Origin: Squalus acanthias
Lineage: Eukaryota
Reading direction: 5' to 3'
NCBI GenBank assembly: GCA_030390025.1
Contig: CM059433.1
Location: 21,888,001 to 21,952,000 of the forward strand
DNA: 64,000 nucleotides
The translations under genes and the position numbers were made by a program. Below are positions 1-12,700 of this stretch, piece by piece. Each line of letters starts with the position of its first letter. Position 1 is the first letter of the stretch. Under the pieces are notes generated by a model. The model searched no databases, was not told the DNA's origin, and was given only the letters and a program-made list of their open reading frames with translations.

Positions 1-175
1 GAGTTGAACAGTTGCTAAGCAAATACAGAGGCAGGGAAAAGAGGGCAGGGAAAGAACAAAAGGGGAAGTCTGTGATAGGGTGGAGGGCAGGAGTGATTAA
101 ATGACCAAAAGGATGATGATACAAGGCAAAATGAGGCGATAATAAGACAAGTAAGAAACAAAAGATGTGTCCAGA
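1..175 (-). mobile_element. Penelope-like element 3' UTR fragment
   Basis: Reverse complement aligns by eye to about 54705-54890 of the Penelope copy (cttttgtttct..acttgtc, accatcatccc/cttttg, cccttttgttctttcc). Confidence 0.7.
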
Positions 176-1259
176 TCTATTGGCCGGGAAAGCGAGTTTT
201 AGCAGACACATGATCAAACACGAGAAGTGAAACTGATACCAGTGATGATGAACAGGGTTAAAGAAACTAACAAGAATCCCGTCAGAGAGAAGAGCGGAAC
301 TTCTTCAAGATGGGCAGTTCTACCATGGAAGTTGTCACAGCTAAGCTCAACCCTGCCCTCAACTTGGGCTTAAAATCTCACTCTGCACGCATATTTGTAT
401 GTTTTGAAACTGCTTTGTTTGTTATTTTAATAGAATTTAAACCATTTAAATAGTGGCTGGAGGAATTCAATACATATTGATTGGATCATTACTAATATTG
501 CACACTGTGGTTTCAACCTTATGGTGTCCACCCATACACAAACCTTCGAGGGTCATTGTGTCTTGGCTGATATCCTGCTCCATTGCCCCAAGGAAATTTG
601 AGCCAAAAGTATGCCTTAGCACAACCGCCCAGTCTGAGACTAACTAACTCAACACAGACCAGGAATAAAACATCATGCAGTATGTTCATTCACTGTACAG
701 TCAGGGGCCACATAAACTAGCTGTTGAGTGGGAAGGAAGATTATATAAGATGCTGCACATGGCATCAAGCAGAATTCTATTGTGTGCACAATGGAATACT
801 TTGCTGGATTTGTATTTCTTCCAAGTGAGTTGAATCTTCTATGAATGTTCTTTATCAATATCTTCAGTTCCAGTCTTCCCCTAAATCAATCCTGGGACTA
901 ATACCTAGAATACTATAACACAATTTTGGGATGAAGCATTTCACTGGTGATAATAAGGGTGATGTTAATGTTGTCATGCCTATGGGCAGCTTGGTTTAAA
1001 GATTTCAGCAATATTGATTTTAAAACGTATTTAATATCTGCTGAGGTTTGTAACTTAGAAAAAATAGGATCTTATCTTTGATTGATCTGATTAAAGTTTC
1101 TTAACTGGGCTGATATATTCCCATCAGCTCATTATGCACCAGACTGTGCTTAGCTGGTTCATTCTGACAATGTAGCTCTTGGGATTCTATTACATTTGCA
1201 ATAAAGAACTCCAAAAGTTGCTTCTGAGTTTAAATATTTAACAGTTTTAGGCTGTGTAT

Positions 1260-1385
1260 AGGAACATCGGAACAGGAGCAGACCATTCAGCCCCTCAAGC
1301 CTGTTCCGCCATTCAATTAGATCATGGCTGATCTGTATCTTATCTCCATCGGGTGCCTTAGTTCCATAACCCTTAATACCCTCAC
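1260..1385 (-). mobile_element. CR1 LINE 3' terminal fragment
   Basis: ggaacaggagcagaccattcagcccctcaagcctg…gatcatggctgatct is the reverse complement of the CR1 3' UTR seen at 3200-3280 and 40920-41005. Confidence 0.75.
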
Positions 1386-1879
1386 GTCTGACATGGTCAT
1401 TTTAAATATGTACTAGGACCCACCCCTGGTGCCAGGTGCCATTACTAACATACATTTCTCATAGCTGGGATATTAATCTCAGGTAAGACAATACTGTGGA
1501 ATCACAACGACAACTGTCTGCAGTCGATACATGAGAACCAGTTTTACAAGTGTATGCTTCTGATGCAGAGCCTAACTCAGTGGGAGCACATCTCAGGCAA
1601 TTGTGGATGGACTTCCCATGATTTCCCAACATGTGCTCCCAGCAGGTGCGGCTCATTGGCAGGAGTGAGGTTTTGTAAAATCAGCGGTTCGACAAATTTA
1701 GTAAAATATATCATTATATAAAAAATCTTGAAACTTCAAGACAGGCTTGATGAACACAATCAGGTTTGATGCATTAGCAAAAGAGGCACTAGGGGACTGG
1801 AAAGTCTGGTCAGGAGCCAAAAACCCAGACCTGCACCACTTTCACATTGAACACGGTATTCCAGCAGGTATTTTACATT

Positions 1880-2582
1880 TACTTAAAGTGTTCTTGCAGA
1901 AAATATGCCGTAGCGGGTGTGGGGGGGGCGGCGGGTTGGTGGGTGTTGGGGGTAGTCGGGGGCCAGAGGAGGATTGAGGCCTGAGGAGGATTGGGAGGGG
2001 AATAGTCGGGGGCCAGAGGATGATCGGGGCTGGAGGACCGGAGCCGGCGGAGGATCGGGGGGTGGGGGGTGGGGGTTGGTGGGGGTGGTCGGGGACCAGA
2101 GGAGGATCGTGGGGAAGGTCAGGGGCCGGATGAGGATCGGGGCTGGAGGGGGGAGGCGATCGAGGGCCGACAAGGGGAGGCCAGAGGGGGGCATCGGAGG
2201 CCTCGTGGGTTGGGGCAGGGGAGGTGGAGGAGGTCGGGGGGAGATCAGAAGTGTCGGGGGGTGTCCGATCGTGGGGGGTAGGTAAGGCAGGAATGCTGGA
2301 TCAAGCAGGTAAGTGGAAAGGCTATAGCTAGCGGGTTCCCCGAGGCCAGGTTAAATTTGAAATGGTGGATCACCATGAGGCATGCCAGCCTCATTATAAT
2401 ATTTAACTGGGCGATCCGCCTCCTGGGAGTGAGTTGGCTTCCCGGCCCCCCGTCCCGCCTCCGTTAAAACCGGAATGGGCAGTTTGGAGGTGGGTTGGGG
2501 TCGGGATTCAGTTTTTTGACTCTTTAACCACCCACCCAACCCCAATCACCCATTTCATTTTTGGGGGGTTAAAATTCCTCCC
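1880..2582. mobile_element. Truncated Harbinger-type MITE with G-rich degenerate repeats
   Basis: Repeated gaggatcgggg-like units at about 1910-2290. The 3' part (cccgcctccgttaaaacc…ggttaaaatt) is shared with 20770-20915. Confidence 0.5.
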
Positions 2583-2584
2583 TG

Positions 2585-3365
2585 CAGCTCAAGAAGGATA
2601 ACTTGATTTTAGTGGGGTTACTGCATAGATTCACCAAAATTATACCAGGGCTTAAAGAGATAAATTACGAGGACAGGTTCCCATGAGTTTAGAAGTTTGA
2701 GGGTCAGCTAGTTGAGGTGTTTAAAATGATAAAGGGATTTGATAGGGTAGGTAAGGAGAAACTATTTGCTCTCATGGGGAGAATCCAGAGTGCAGTGAAG
2801 ATTCACCAGACTGATACCTGGGATGGCAGGAATGACGTATGAGGAGAGATTGGGTCGATTAGGCTTATATTCGCTAGAGTTTAGAAGAATGAGAGGGGAT
2901 CTCATTGAAACTTATAAAATTCTAACAGGACTAGACAGACTAGATGCAGGAAGGATGTTCCCGATGGCGGGGGAGTCCAGAACCAGGGGTCACAGTCTAA
3001 GGATAAGGGGTAAGCCATTTAGGACTGAGATGAGGAGGAATTTCTTCACCCAGAGAGTGGTGAACCTGTGGAATTCTCTACCACACAAGGCAGTTGAGGC
3101 CAATTCATTAAATATATTCAAGAAGGAGTTAGATATATTTCTTAAGGCTAAAGGGATCAAGGGATATGGGGAGAAAGCAGGGACAGGGTACTGAATTTGG
3201 ATGATCAGCCATGATCTCATTAAATGGCGGAACAGGCTCGAGGGGCCGAATGGCCTACTCCTGCTCCTATCTTCTATGTTTCTAACAAGGGGCACAATCT
3301 TAAAATTGGAGCTAGACCACTTAGGAGTGAAGCCAGGAAGCACTTAGTAGTGGAAATCTGGAAAT
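2585..3365 (+). mobile_element. Old CR1 fragment (about 2585-2789 plus 3284-3365) interrupted by a younger CR1 3' end (about 2790-3282)
   Basis: Inner copy: ORF 2823-3194 (YEERLGRLGLYSLEFRRMRGDLIETYKI…TRGH…NFFTQRVVNLWNSLP) with a ttctatgttt tail. The host reads tccaga|acaagggg across the insert, as in the uninterrupted relative near 44443. Confidence 0.85.
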
Positions 3366-3391
3366 CTTGATACTCGTAAAACTGTAATAAT

Positions 3392-4134
3392 GGCCCAAAA
3401 ATTCATCCCGGTGCGCGAGAGTACGCACTGCGTACTCTCGCGTATTCCCTCTGCAATTGCCGGTTTTCTGCATGCCCTGCGCATGCGCTGAAAACCGGCA
3501 ATTGCTCTTTTGAAAAGGGGGCGGTTCCTCTGTGCATCGCGTGCGCGCTACAGGCTGCGCGCACGCTGTGCACTTCATGCTTTGGACGCGCAGGTAAGTA
3601 CTGAAGATTTTAGAAATGTAAAAAGGAGGAGTAAGACCCACTTTTAACAAGGTAAGTAGTGAATTAAGTATTTTTTTGAATTTTTTTTACAGGTATATCT
3701 TTTTTAGAGACTTTAAAGACAGGTAAGTTTATTTTTATAACTTTTTAAAAGATTTTAAATTTTTTCAAAAATTTAATTTTTTATTTAAAATGGTTAATTT
3801 ATTTAACTATACTTATTTTATTAATGTGATGGTTTTTTTTTTAAATTTAATTGAGGTTTAGCTGTTATTTTGGGGGGGTGTAAGATTCATAGATTTCACA
3901 GCCGTGCTGTGAAACTTATGAATGGAAGATGGTGTGCTGCCATTGGCTCTAACTGAGTCACGTGATCCCACAGCTCGCACGAATTCACTACGCCGGTGGG
4001 ATACGCAAGCACTGCCCGGCTGATGTCTGGAACATCAAGTTCGTGCGAGCTGGATCTGAAAAAGCACAAGCGAGGTGAGAGATCGCGGGGAAGGCTTACC
4101 CCCGCGGGAACAGAGCGAGATCAATTTCTGGGCC
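3392..4134. mobile_element. PIF/Harbinger-type MITE
   Basis: TIRs GGCCCAAAAATT / AATTTCTGGGCC, flanks AAT/ATT, GC-rich subterminal arms and an AT-rich core. Confidence 0.75.
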
Positions 4135-6837
4135 ATTATGAAAAGCTCACAGTGACGTAGTGTGATGGTAGAACATAGGCCAACCGAAACACCATTTTTA
4201 TACTCAATACATTTGCTTTCTAGATTGGTATTATCAGCTGATGTGTCTCAATCAAAGCTCATTGTGTGCAGGACAACTAAAGTGGAAGGGTTAGAAACTG
4301 TGTGCAAATCACGCACCTAGGCAGAGGAGGAGGAATTTTGGATGGAACCTATTTCAATTGGGTCTCTGCCTCTTTCAATTGAAAATCCCAAATCAGTGCC
4401 TGTTGTATTCAGCTCTGGTAACACTGGTTCTGATTGTCCAGTCCTTGTTGCATGAATACTGTTTGTCTAAAATGACACATTTGACTGTGTTGATAGCTCA
4501 AATTTATTAGCCATTGGCTGCACAAACCTAGTTTTCTCAAGAATCTATCAAATTACAGAAGTTAGAAGCGATAGAAATATTCAGTGCTTCAGGGGTGAAA
4601 ATCCATGGTGAAAATGTTGGCAGGAGTACAAAACAAAATTTCCCTCCCCGCTGCTTCAAGCCATTTTCCATTTCAGTTAAAAGTATACAACAGAAAATTC
4701 CTGATAGCTTAGAGAGCAATATTAAATAAACAAATTATTTAATATATAGTCTGACATAAATGAAACATTTTTGTCTGTTATGAATTATTTTTCTTTTTGA
4801 TCACAGCACCCATATGGTTCGAATTAATTACTGCTTGCTCTTTCTGCAAACTGTAGAGTTATTTAAAGATAAATATCAGTTTGAAGATAAATTTCAGTTT
4901 GATATGCTGAATACATTGTTAGGTGCAGGTTATTTGCCGCCGATGTTCTTGAATGGGAATCCATCTCAAATTATCATTCAGAATGATTCAATTACGAGAA
5001 TCCTGTGAGTGGCTAACCAGCTAATGTAGTTAAGAGAAATACAGTTTTTAATTCCTTTTGTTCTGAGATATTTTCAAATTATTTGGAACTATATCTTGGG
5101 CAGTCAGTCTGAAGTCAGTCGAGATAAGGGGCGAGTCAGTAATTCCACGATACTGCACAGACACAAAAGAAATAAAACAAATAGCACAGTTCAAAGGTCA
5201 GTTTATTTTGAGGGTTACGTTAGCGCAGGAGAAATCTTGGTCTGTGGTCTTTTGAGGGGATTAGTAAAGTTTATAATTATTGTAAATATGATGGGTCAAA
5301 ATGTGCTGAAAAAGTAACGGCATGTGAACGATGCACGCTGTTATTAGTGTGCAAATAGGCCAGCAACTTGTAGCGAGGAACAGATAACCTGTGAATTGCG
5401 AATCGTCACACGTTGCTGGACGATTTGCGCTTCTCTGCCGTTAGCTTTGCAAAAACAGCATCTCGCCCTTGACCTCCATGAAGTTGCTGCATTTACGTAT
5501 TATTGGCCCATTAAACTCACCACAGAAAGTTAAGTCTAGTAATTAATGGCATAAGTACCCTTTTAACGACTGTAGGGTGTTTTTGCGTGTCCCTGTGTTT
5601 CTATGACTCTCCCTTGAGTCGACCCGTGCATTAAAAACTCCCCGGTTTGGGTTGTTTCCCTTGGACGGCAGGAGCTTTTGCCAATAGTCCCTGCCTAGCC
5701 CATCGATTAGCGGGTAATCCCACACAGAGAGAGAGAGACCAAGGCCAGATAGGTCTTCTCCTATGCCCGATGCGCAGCGTCCCCAGCGGGATTACTGTGT
5801 AACCCGGCCATGACCGGATGCCACCCGGTTGGTCTTCCGAATTATACCACGAACCACAAGCCCCACACCCCCCAAGTTCGGACCCAAGGAGTTACTATGG
5901 ATAGATTATAATTGACTCAGATGAAACAAAACGGTTCAGGTTGGTCAAAGATCGATTCCTTTTATTACACACACAGAAGGGGACAGGAATGTGACAAAAA
6001 TGAATCATATTATCCACCTTGTTTGCTATTAAAAAATGGTGAGGTGTAGAACCATTTTCATGCCAGGTCAGGCATCCATAAACAGATGAGAACCTGTTCC
6101 AGGATAATGTTCTGATTTAAAATCAGACTGTGGTGAAAGGTTTGAGTCACTACTGCTTCCCTGCAATTGCTCAGGTGTGGCCAGCCAGCTATACGTGGTC
6201 TAATTCCCAAGCCTGGATTATTTATTAGTTTATTTGTTCCTGGTCAGAGCAAACATAGGATTAAAATTGAATACTATTGGCTGATTCTGCATGCTGCAGA
6301 GAATATTTATATATAATGGACTCGATCTTGACGGTGCTGATAAACATGGGTTGTATACTGTCATGATCCCTGAATGGGTGTCCGTCTCACAGATTATTCA
6401 GTGTTAGGAGTAGATGAAGGAGTCAAGCTATTCCATTCAATTACAAGGATCCTGTACATGGTTGACTATTGTAGTTAAGAGAGAAGCGACAGTTTTTAGC
6501 TCCTTTTCTTTTGCGATATTATCAAAGATATTTGGAACTATATCTTGCATGAGATTAGGCAAAAACTGCAGTCAGAAGTAGAGGGATAAGGGTGGGTCAG
6601 CAACTCCAAGGTAGTGTACAGCCATGTAAGAAGTAAATGAACTGGGTTTCAAGGAAGAAGCATCTTTGTTGTTTTTAAGAAGATTTATAAACTTTGTAAC
6701 TACTGTAAATATAAGGGCTGATAAAATCAACGAATGTGTGGCTCTGGTGATCTTCGGCCCTGACAATACCTGCATGTCTGGGGTTAGGATGGGGTAACAC
6801 CTTTTAAATGCAAGTGGCAGACACGAACAACACTATA

Positions 6838-7475
6838 GGGGAAAAATTGGGTTGCTTTGCGCCTTGTTAGTGCCCTAAGAGGGCGCTAACGGGGCGCAAA
6901 GCAACTAGCGCCCAGGTCCGGCGCCGCCCACGAAATTCAGCGCCCCGCGTCGCTGTGCTGCCGGCGATGACGTCATCGCCGTGCGCAGCTCCCCGCTCGC
7001 GATCTTCGGGAGCGCCCCCTGACTTACCGCCGGACACTATGTCCGACGGGGTCAGGGGGCCTACCTGTGGCGGGGTGGGGCTATTTAAAGGCGAGGTGCG
7101 GGGCAGCCATTTTTGTTGCTGGCCGCCTGCCAGCACCTGCCTGCGCTCCCGTCCCTGGCCTCCTGAACGGCCACCCCCCCACGGAGTGCCGACTGCGCTC
7201 CAAGAGCCCGGCACTTCTCTTGAGTGCCGGGCTCTTTTGCCAGCACTCCCGATCCCTGGGGTCCCAGCTGGGCCCCGGGTCGCGCTGTAAGAAGGGGAGG
7301 AAGGTCTGCGATATTGACTCACAGCGCCCCAAGAGGGATGTGGGGCACTTCCAGTAGCGGCCTGCTTCCCTCTTGGGGCGCGACCAGTCAATTTCCGGCG
7401 AGGGGGCGCTAATTTTTCCGAGGCGCTAATAGTAGCGCCCCAGCGAAGTTAGTGCCCCATTTCAATTTTTAGCCC
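6838..7475. mobile_element. GC-rich Harbinger-type MITE (TAGCGCCCC family)
   Basis: Ends GGGGAAAAATTG / CAATTTTTAGCCC, flanks ATA/ATG, many GGGGCGC/GCGCCCC repeats. Confidence 0.7.
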
Positions 7476-7759
7476 ATGGGTTCACTTCGGATGCCTGCCA
7501 TAAGAGAAACAAGAGAGGAATTCCCTCCTCTTGGACCCGCCTCCTCTGATGTCAAGGAGCATGTTTGTAGTGGATGGGAGTTTTACAGCATGCCCGTCCA
7601 GGCCCCAGTGCAAATTGAGACAAAGATAGGATTTTGAACAGAGACCTCATGGTATCCTCAAGTTCCACCAGAAGTCCCACCTCTGTCACGCTTCCTCCTC
7701 CCGACTTGTGCCACAGCAGCACTTTTGGGGCTTAGGAGTTTTGGCTGTTTTCACTGTGT

Positions 7760-8590
7760 ACACCCCTTTGGGCCGCTACCTCCGCTGGGGCGCTAATCGG
7801 GCCGATTTTCCCAGGTAGCGCCCCGAGAGGGAGGAGAGGCGCTACTGGAAGCGCCCCGTGTCCCTCTTGGGGCGCTGCGAGGCAATATCGCGGCGCTACG
7901 TGCCGCAGTGCCACACGCTGCGGCACATCGCGTCGCGGTACTGCAGGCCTTCCTCCCCTTATTAAAGGGGAGGGGCCTGGTGCAGCGCGTCTCGGCGCCC
8001 AGCTGGGCCACCAGGGATCAGGAGGGCCGACAAATGAGCCCGGCACTCCTTGAGTGCCGGGCTCACGGAGAGCAGCCAGCACCCCGCGGGGGTACTTCAC
8101 GGGGGCCGGGGACAGCAATGATGGCAGGTGCTGGCAGGCGGCCTGCAACAAAAATGGCCGCCCGCCTCCTCCCCGTTAACTAGCGCTGCCCCAGCCGCTG
8201 GTAGGCCACCCTGACCCTGGCGGACATAGCGTCCGGCGGTAAGTCGGGGGGCGCCACTCAATGTTACAGCTGGGGCGCGAGCGGGGCGCTGCGCACGGCG
8301 ATGATGACATCGCCGGCGGCGCAGCGTGAACATTTAGTGCCGCCGCTAATCTCCCGCTGAATTTTGTGGGATGCGTTAGCGGCGCCACGCCGAGGCGCTA
8401 GTTGATTTGCCGCGATATTCCCTTGCAGCACCCCAAGAGGGAGGCGGGAGTGCTTCTAGTAGCGCCCCGCTTCCCTCTTGGGGCGCTACCACTCAATTTT
8501 GGCCGCGGGGGCACTAATATTTCTGGGGCGCTTAAAGTAGTGCCCCGGCGAAGTTAGCGCCCCAAAGGGGCACGACTCAATTTTTCCCCC
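7760..8590. mobile_element. GC-rich Harbinger-type MITE, same family, inverted relative to 6838-7475
   Basis: Ends …caatttttccccc. Internal gcgcacggcgatgatgacatcgccggcggcgcagcg is the reverse complement of about 6950-6990. Confidence 0.7.
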
Positions 8591-9239
8591 TAAGATTTAC
8601 CTGTTTAATGTTCAGTAAATTTGTCTAGTGATTTATAGCCTGAGTTATAGTCTGAAGGGGTGTATATTCCCTCACCTGTCAAAGACAGGAAGATACGTGA
8701 TAACATGTGCTGTATTACAATATTCTAGAGCACAGTAACAAGAGTTCTTTGTTTGACTCCTGGGTTATGCAATGTTTACCTAGATATTCGGCAGGTAAAG
8801 GCACTGGATTTTAGGGGGTATAAGGTTCGCTTAGGGGAGTGACCAATAACACTTTAACTGAAGGCAATTATCTAGCATAAAAACCTAAAAATGTAACTCA
8901 TAGTAAAACAATTCTTAAGAACCACTGATATGTACCGAATACCATTTCAGACCTGAACCTTCATTAATAGTCCATCTAGCGAGTGATACTGCCTGAATGC
9001 AGCTGCAAAGATCACATAGTTAGAGTCCCCAGGGGTAGTTTATACGTCCATTTTTGATTATAAGTAGGGCATGCACATATTTTTGGGAGGAAAAGTGCAA
9101 AACAAAACAGGGGACAAATTGTTGAATTCAATAGCGATTAATCTAGTTAGCAAATCAATGGCTGTTTTATTCAACTTTAAACTGGTCAACACTGGTTGAT
9201 TTAGACTTTTCTGAATGGGTCAGTCAATGATGAAGTTAC

Positions 9240-9700
9240 ATAAGAAACAGGAGCAGGAGTAGGCCATTCAGCCCCTCGAGCCTGCTCCACCATTCAATAA
9301 GATCATGGCTGATCTGATCTTGGCCTCAACTCCATTTTCCTGCCTGTGCCCCATAACCCTTGACTCCCCTGTAGTTCAAAAATCTGTCTATCTCCACCTT
9401 GAATATATTCAATGACTCCGCCTCCACAGCTCTCTGGGGTAGAGAATTCCAAAGATTCACGACCCTCTGAGAGAAGAAATTCCTCCTCATCTCAGTTTTA
9501 AATGGGCGACCCCTTATTCTGAAACTATGCCCCCTAGTTCTAGATACCCCCACTAGGGGAAACATCCTCTCAGCATCCACCCTGTCAATCCCCCTCAGAA
9601 TCTTATATGTTTCAATAAGATCACCTTTCATTCTTCTAAACTCCAATGAGTATAGGCCCAACCTTTCCTCATAATACAAACCCTTCAACTCAGGAATCAG
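9240..9700 (-). mobile_element. CR1 LINE 3' end
   Basis: ORF 9326-9742 carries the CR1 ORF2 C-terminal motifs (LYSLEFRRMKGDLIETYKI, TRGH, FFSQRVVNLWNSLP), followed by the 3' UTR. Confidence 0.9.
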
Positions 9701-10392
9701 TTGTAAGAATTCTCTTTTAGAGGATTGGGGCCATTCTCTCAACCCCCCTCCCCTCCCCCCATACCCCAGAAATTTTTGATTTTTGGCACTTTAGTGCATT
9801 TTCCAACATTTTGGAATTGCATGTTGGGGCACAAGACAACTACATTTCGACCTTCGATATTCTGAGCTGTTGTTTTCCAACTACACATCAACTCCAAGGA
9901 GTTATTCTGTAGTGTTATATGGAAAATGGTAGCGTGCTGGATTTTCAGACCACACAATTTTCACTTCAATCCTGTGCAGCTCGGTGTCGGGAATATTGAT
10001 TTGTAGAATTTATCCCATTGTAATTATGCAGTGGTGCATTAATTCAACCAATCAACCGTTGAACAATTTCTCCTATATCACGAACAATATTAATTGCATT
10101 TCTTTGATGAATTCCTGGTATAGCCAGGTTCCAAAGCTGTAGTTTACAGCTTCAATCTCTGCTGCTTAAAAGCTGAAAATCATTTATTACATTTTTGAAT
10201 CTGGGGTCTTATTACGCTTAAATTGAAAAATTAGTTATTTTTATGTATAGAAGTTACAGCACAGAGGGAGACCATCCATCTCTGTCCTGACACTATCTTC
10301 AATTCTAATCCCATTTGTCTGCATTTTGCCCATATCCTTTTATAGTCTTCCTTTTCAAAGGGTTATTCAATCCCCATTTAAATAAAATCATT

Positions 10393-11205
10393 GGCTCGGA
10401 ACTTGCGGTCCTGATGATGGCAAACTGGCAGTCTTCGCCGTTATTTCGCCTTTAAAACTGCCCGCAACTTCAGGATTTAGCGCATGCGCAGCCTAACAGG
10501 GAAATCCTGGAGTCGCGGTCTGTCATTCATTGCTCCGACACTGGCTGTGCTGTGACCCCCGTACCCGCCGCCCCTCCCCCCCCGGCACCACCACCACCAC
10601 CACCAGAGCCGGCAATCAGTCAAATCACTGATCTGACGAAAACTTCCCCTTTTCCGAACAAATATCGCTGTTAGAAACACCAATAAAAAGTTAGACCCAT
10701 TCAAAGAGGTGTAACTGGGTTTTTAAAGGCGAGCTGAGTAATAACTCGTGATAAACAACCATTCTAGCCCTGAAAAACTAATTTTATATTGATGGAATGT
10801 TAAATTGCTCCATTAAGTTACAAATTATTAGATTTTAAAATTAAATGAAAAAATATATACTTTTTAAAGTTTGTTCATGATATTTCAGCTTCTACCTTAA
10901 CCCAGTGTATGTGAAAAATCTTTATTTCGCTCTCGGTAAATTTTTTAAAAAGTGGATTGATTATTAGTGCTGTCTATTTCCTGGTTCCCTGTCTGTGAGA
11001 AGTCTGCAATATGATTGGCTGCTTAGACAGCTTGTTGATGTCACTGCAGCTCGCACTATGGAATTCCACTGAACTGCGTTGTTTTCAGCCGCACGTCGGA
11101 AAAGCCGAACTAATCGCCACCAAGCTGGCGAGATCTTTGTGGGAAGCTTACTGCGGGGCCAGCGGTGAATGCCTTTGCTTCGCCGCTGACCCCAAATTAC
11201 GGGCC
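10393..11205. mobile_element. Harbinger-type MITE (GGCYCGGA family)
   Basis: Ends GGCTCGGAACTTG / CAAATTACGGGCC, flanks ATT/ATA. Related to 23092-26481, 51860-52031 and 62020-63168. Confidence 0.7.
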
Positions 11206-11375
11206 ATAGTCTCTCTCTGAATAATCACTTGTGGTAAAGCATTCAATGTTTTAGTAACAGTGACAAGGCCATATTTATTTCATTTCTCCTATTTCCCTGA
11301 AAAGGTGGGGGTGGGGATTCTGAGCAATTCTTCATACAACCGAGTGGCTAGTAGGTCATTTCAGAGGACATTATA

Positions 11376-11555
11376 GGGATGAAATATGGTCTTTGGTGGT
11401 AGCGCAAAATAGGTGAGAATGAATCGGCAGCCTGTTTTACACCCCGTCCGATTTCCTTTTCTATTGCATTCAATGGAGCATGGCACGGTGTAAAACGAGC
11501 TGCCGATTCACTGTCGACCGTTTTGCCTGATCACCAAAGACCAATTTCACCCCCA
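11376..11555. mobile_element. About 180-bp palindromic MITE inside a minus-strand SINE remnant (about 11335-11615)
   Basis: Arms ggtctttggtg…gaatcggcagc…ttttacacc and ggtgtaaaac..gctgccgattc…caccaaagacc fold back on each other. Confidence 0.7.
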
Positions 11556-12276
11556 AGAGTCAACCATGTAATATAGACCAGAGAGGCATGACAGATTCCC
11601 TTCCCTGAAGGACATTAATAACATCAACAAATTGCATTTATATAGTGACTTTAATGTAATAAATTGTCTCGAGGTGCTTCATAGAGGGATTAGGAAATAA
11701 ATGGATGCCAAGCCAAAAAAGTAAATATTAGGAGGGGCAACCAAAAGCTTGATCAAAGAGGTGAGTTTTAAAGAGGGTCTTAAAGGTGAAGAAAGATTAG
11801 AGAGGGAATTCCAGAGCATGGAGCCTAGCTGGCTAAAGTCACAGCTGTCTATGGTGGGGTTGGTGGAGGGAGGCAAAATGTACAATTGTCAAGAGTCAGA
11901 GGAATGGAGAGTTTGGTATGGGTGTGGTTGTAGTGCTGGATAAGGTTCCAAAGAGAGGGAGGGGTGAGACCTTGGAAGGATTTAAACACAATTTTTAATT
12001 GGAGGTATTGGGATACTGGGTGCCAATGTAGGTAAATGAGGAGTGATGGGCGAGTGGGACTTGGTACGGGATAGGATATGGTCATCAGAGTTTTGGATGA
12101 ATTGAGGTTTATGGACGATGGGAGGTGACAAGGGCGTGAATGAGGGTTTTAATGATAGATGGGCTGAGATAGGGGTGTAGGCAAGCGATGTTACCGAGGC
12201 AGAAGTAGATGAATTTTGTAACCGAGAGAATATGGGGTCCGAATAGGACTCTGAAGACTTAAACTGTCTGATTTAG

Positions 12277-12700
12277 CGGGTACGGTAGCATAGTGGTTAT
12301 GTTACTGGACTAGTAATCCAGAGGCCCGGAGTAATAATCTGGAGACATGAGTTCAAAACCCGCCATGGCAGCTGGGGGATGTTAATTAAAAAAAAATGTA
12401 TTTTAAAAAAAATCTGGAATTAAAAAGCTAGTAGGGTGACCATGAAACTACCGGATTGTTGTAAAAACCCATCTGGTTCACTAATGTCCTTTAGGGAAGG
12501 AAATCTACTGCCCTTACCTGGTCTGGCCTATATGTGACTCCAGACCCACAGCAAGGTGGTTGACTCTTAACTGTCCTCTGAAATGGCCTAGCAAGCCACT
12601 CAGTTGTGTAAGGCGACTCAACACCACCTTCTCCAGGGCAATAAATGCCGGCCTTGCCAGCAACGCCCACATCCTGTAAACAAATAAATGTTAAAAAAAT
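12277..12700 (+). mobile_element. tRNA-derived SINE sharing its 3' tail with the LINE at 35990-37612
   Basis: A-box-like tagcatagtgg and B-box-like gagttcaaaacc. Tail caccaccttctc..gggcaataaatgccggccttgccagcaacgcccacatcc matches 37525-37600. Confidence 0.75.

Noticed and set aside
5571..5990. Possible solo LTR (TG…CA, minus-strand AATAAA)
   Set aside because: No matching TSD and no second copy or internal gag/pol seen.
6867..8388. Overlapping GC-rich ORFs of 60-174 aa
   Set aside because: They result from stop-codon scarcity in GC-rich MITEs, occur on both strands, and show no domain motifs.
6838..8590. CRISPR-like array or gene promoter CpG island
   Set aside because: The repeats are short, irregularly spaced and bidirectional inside TIR-bounded elements. 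Context is a vertebrate intron with no cas genes.
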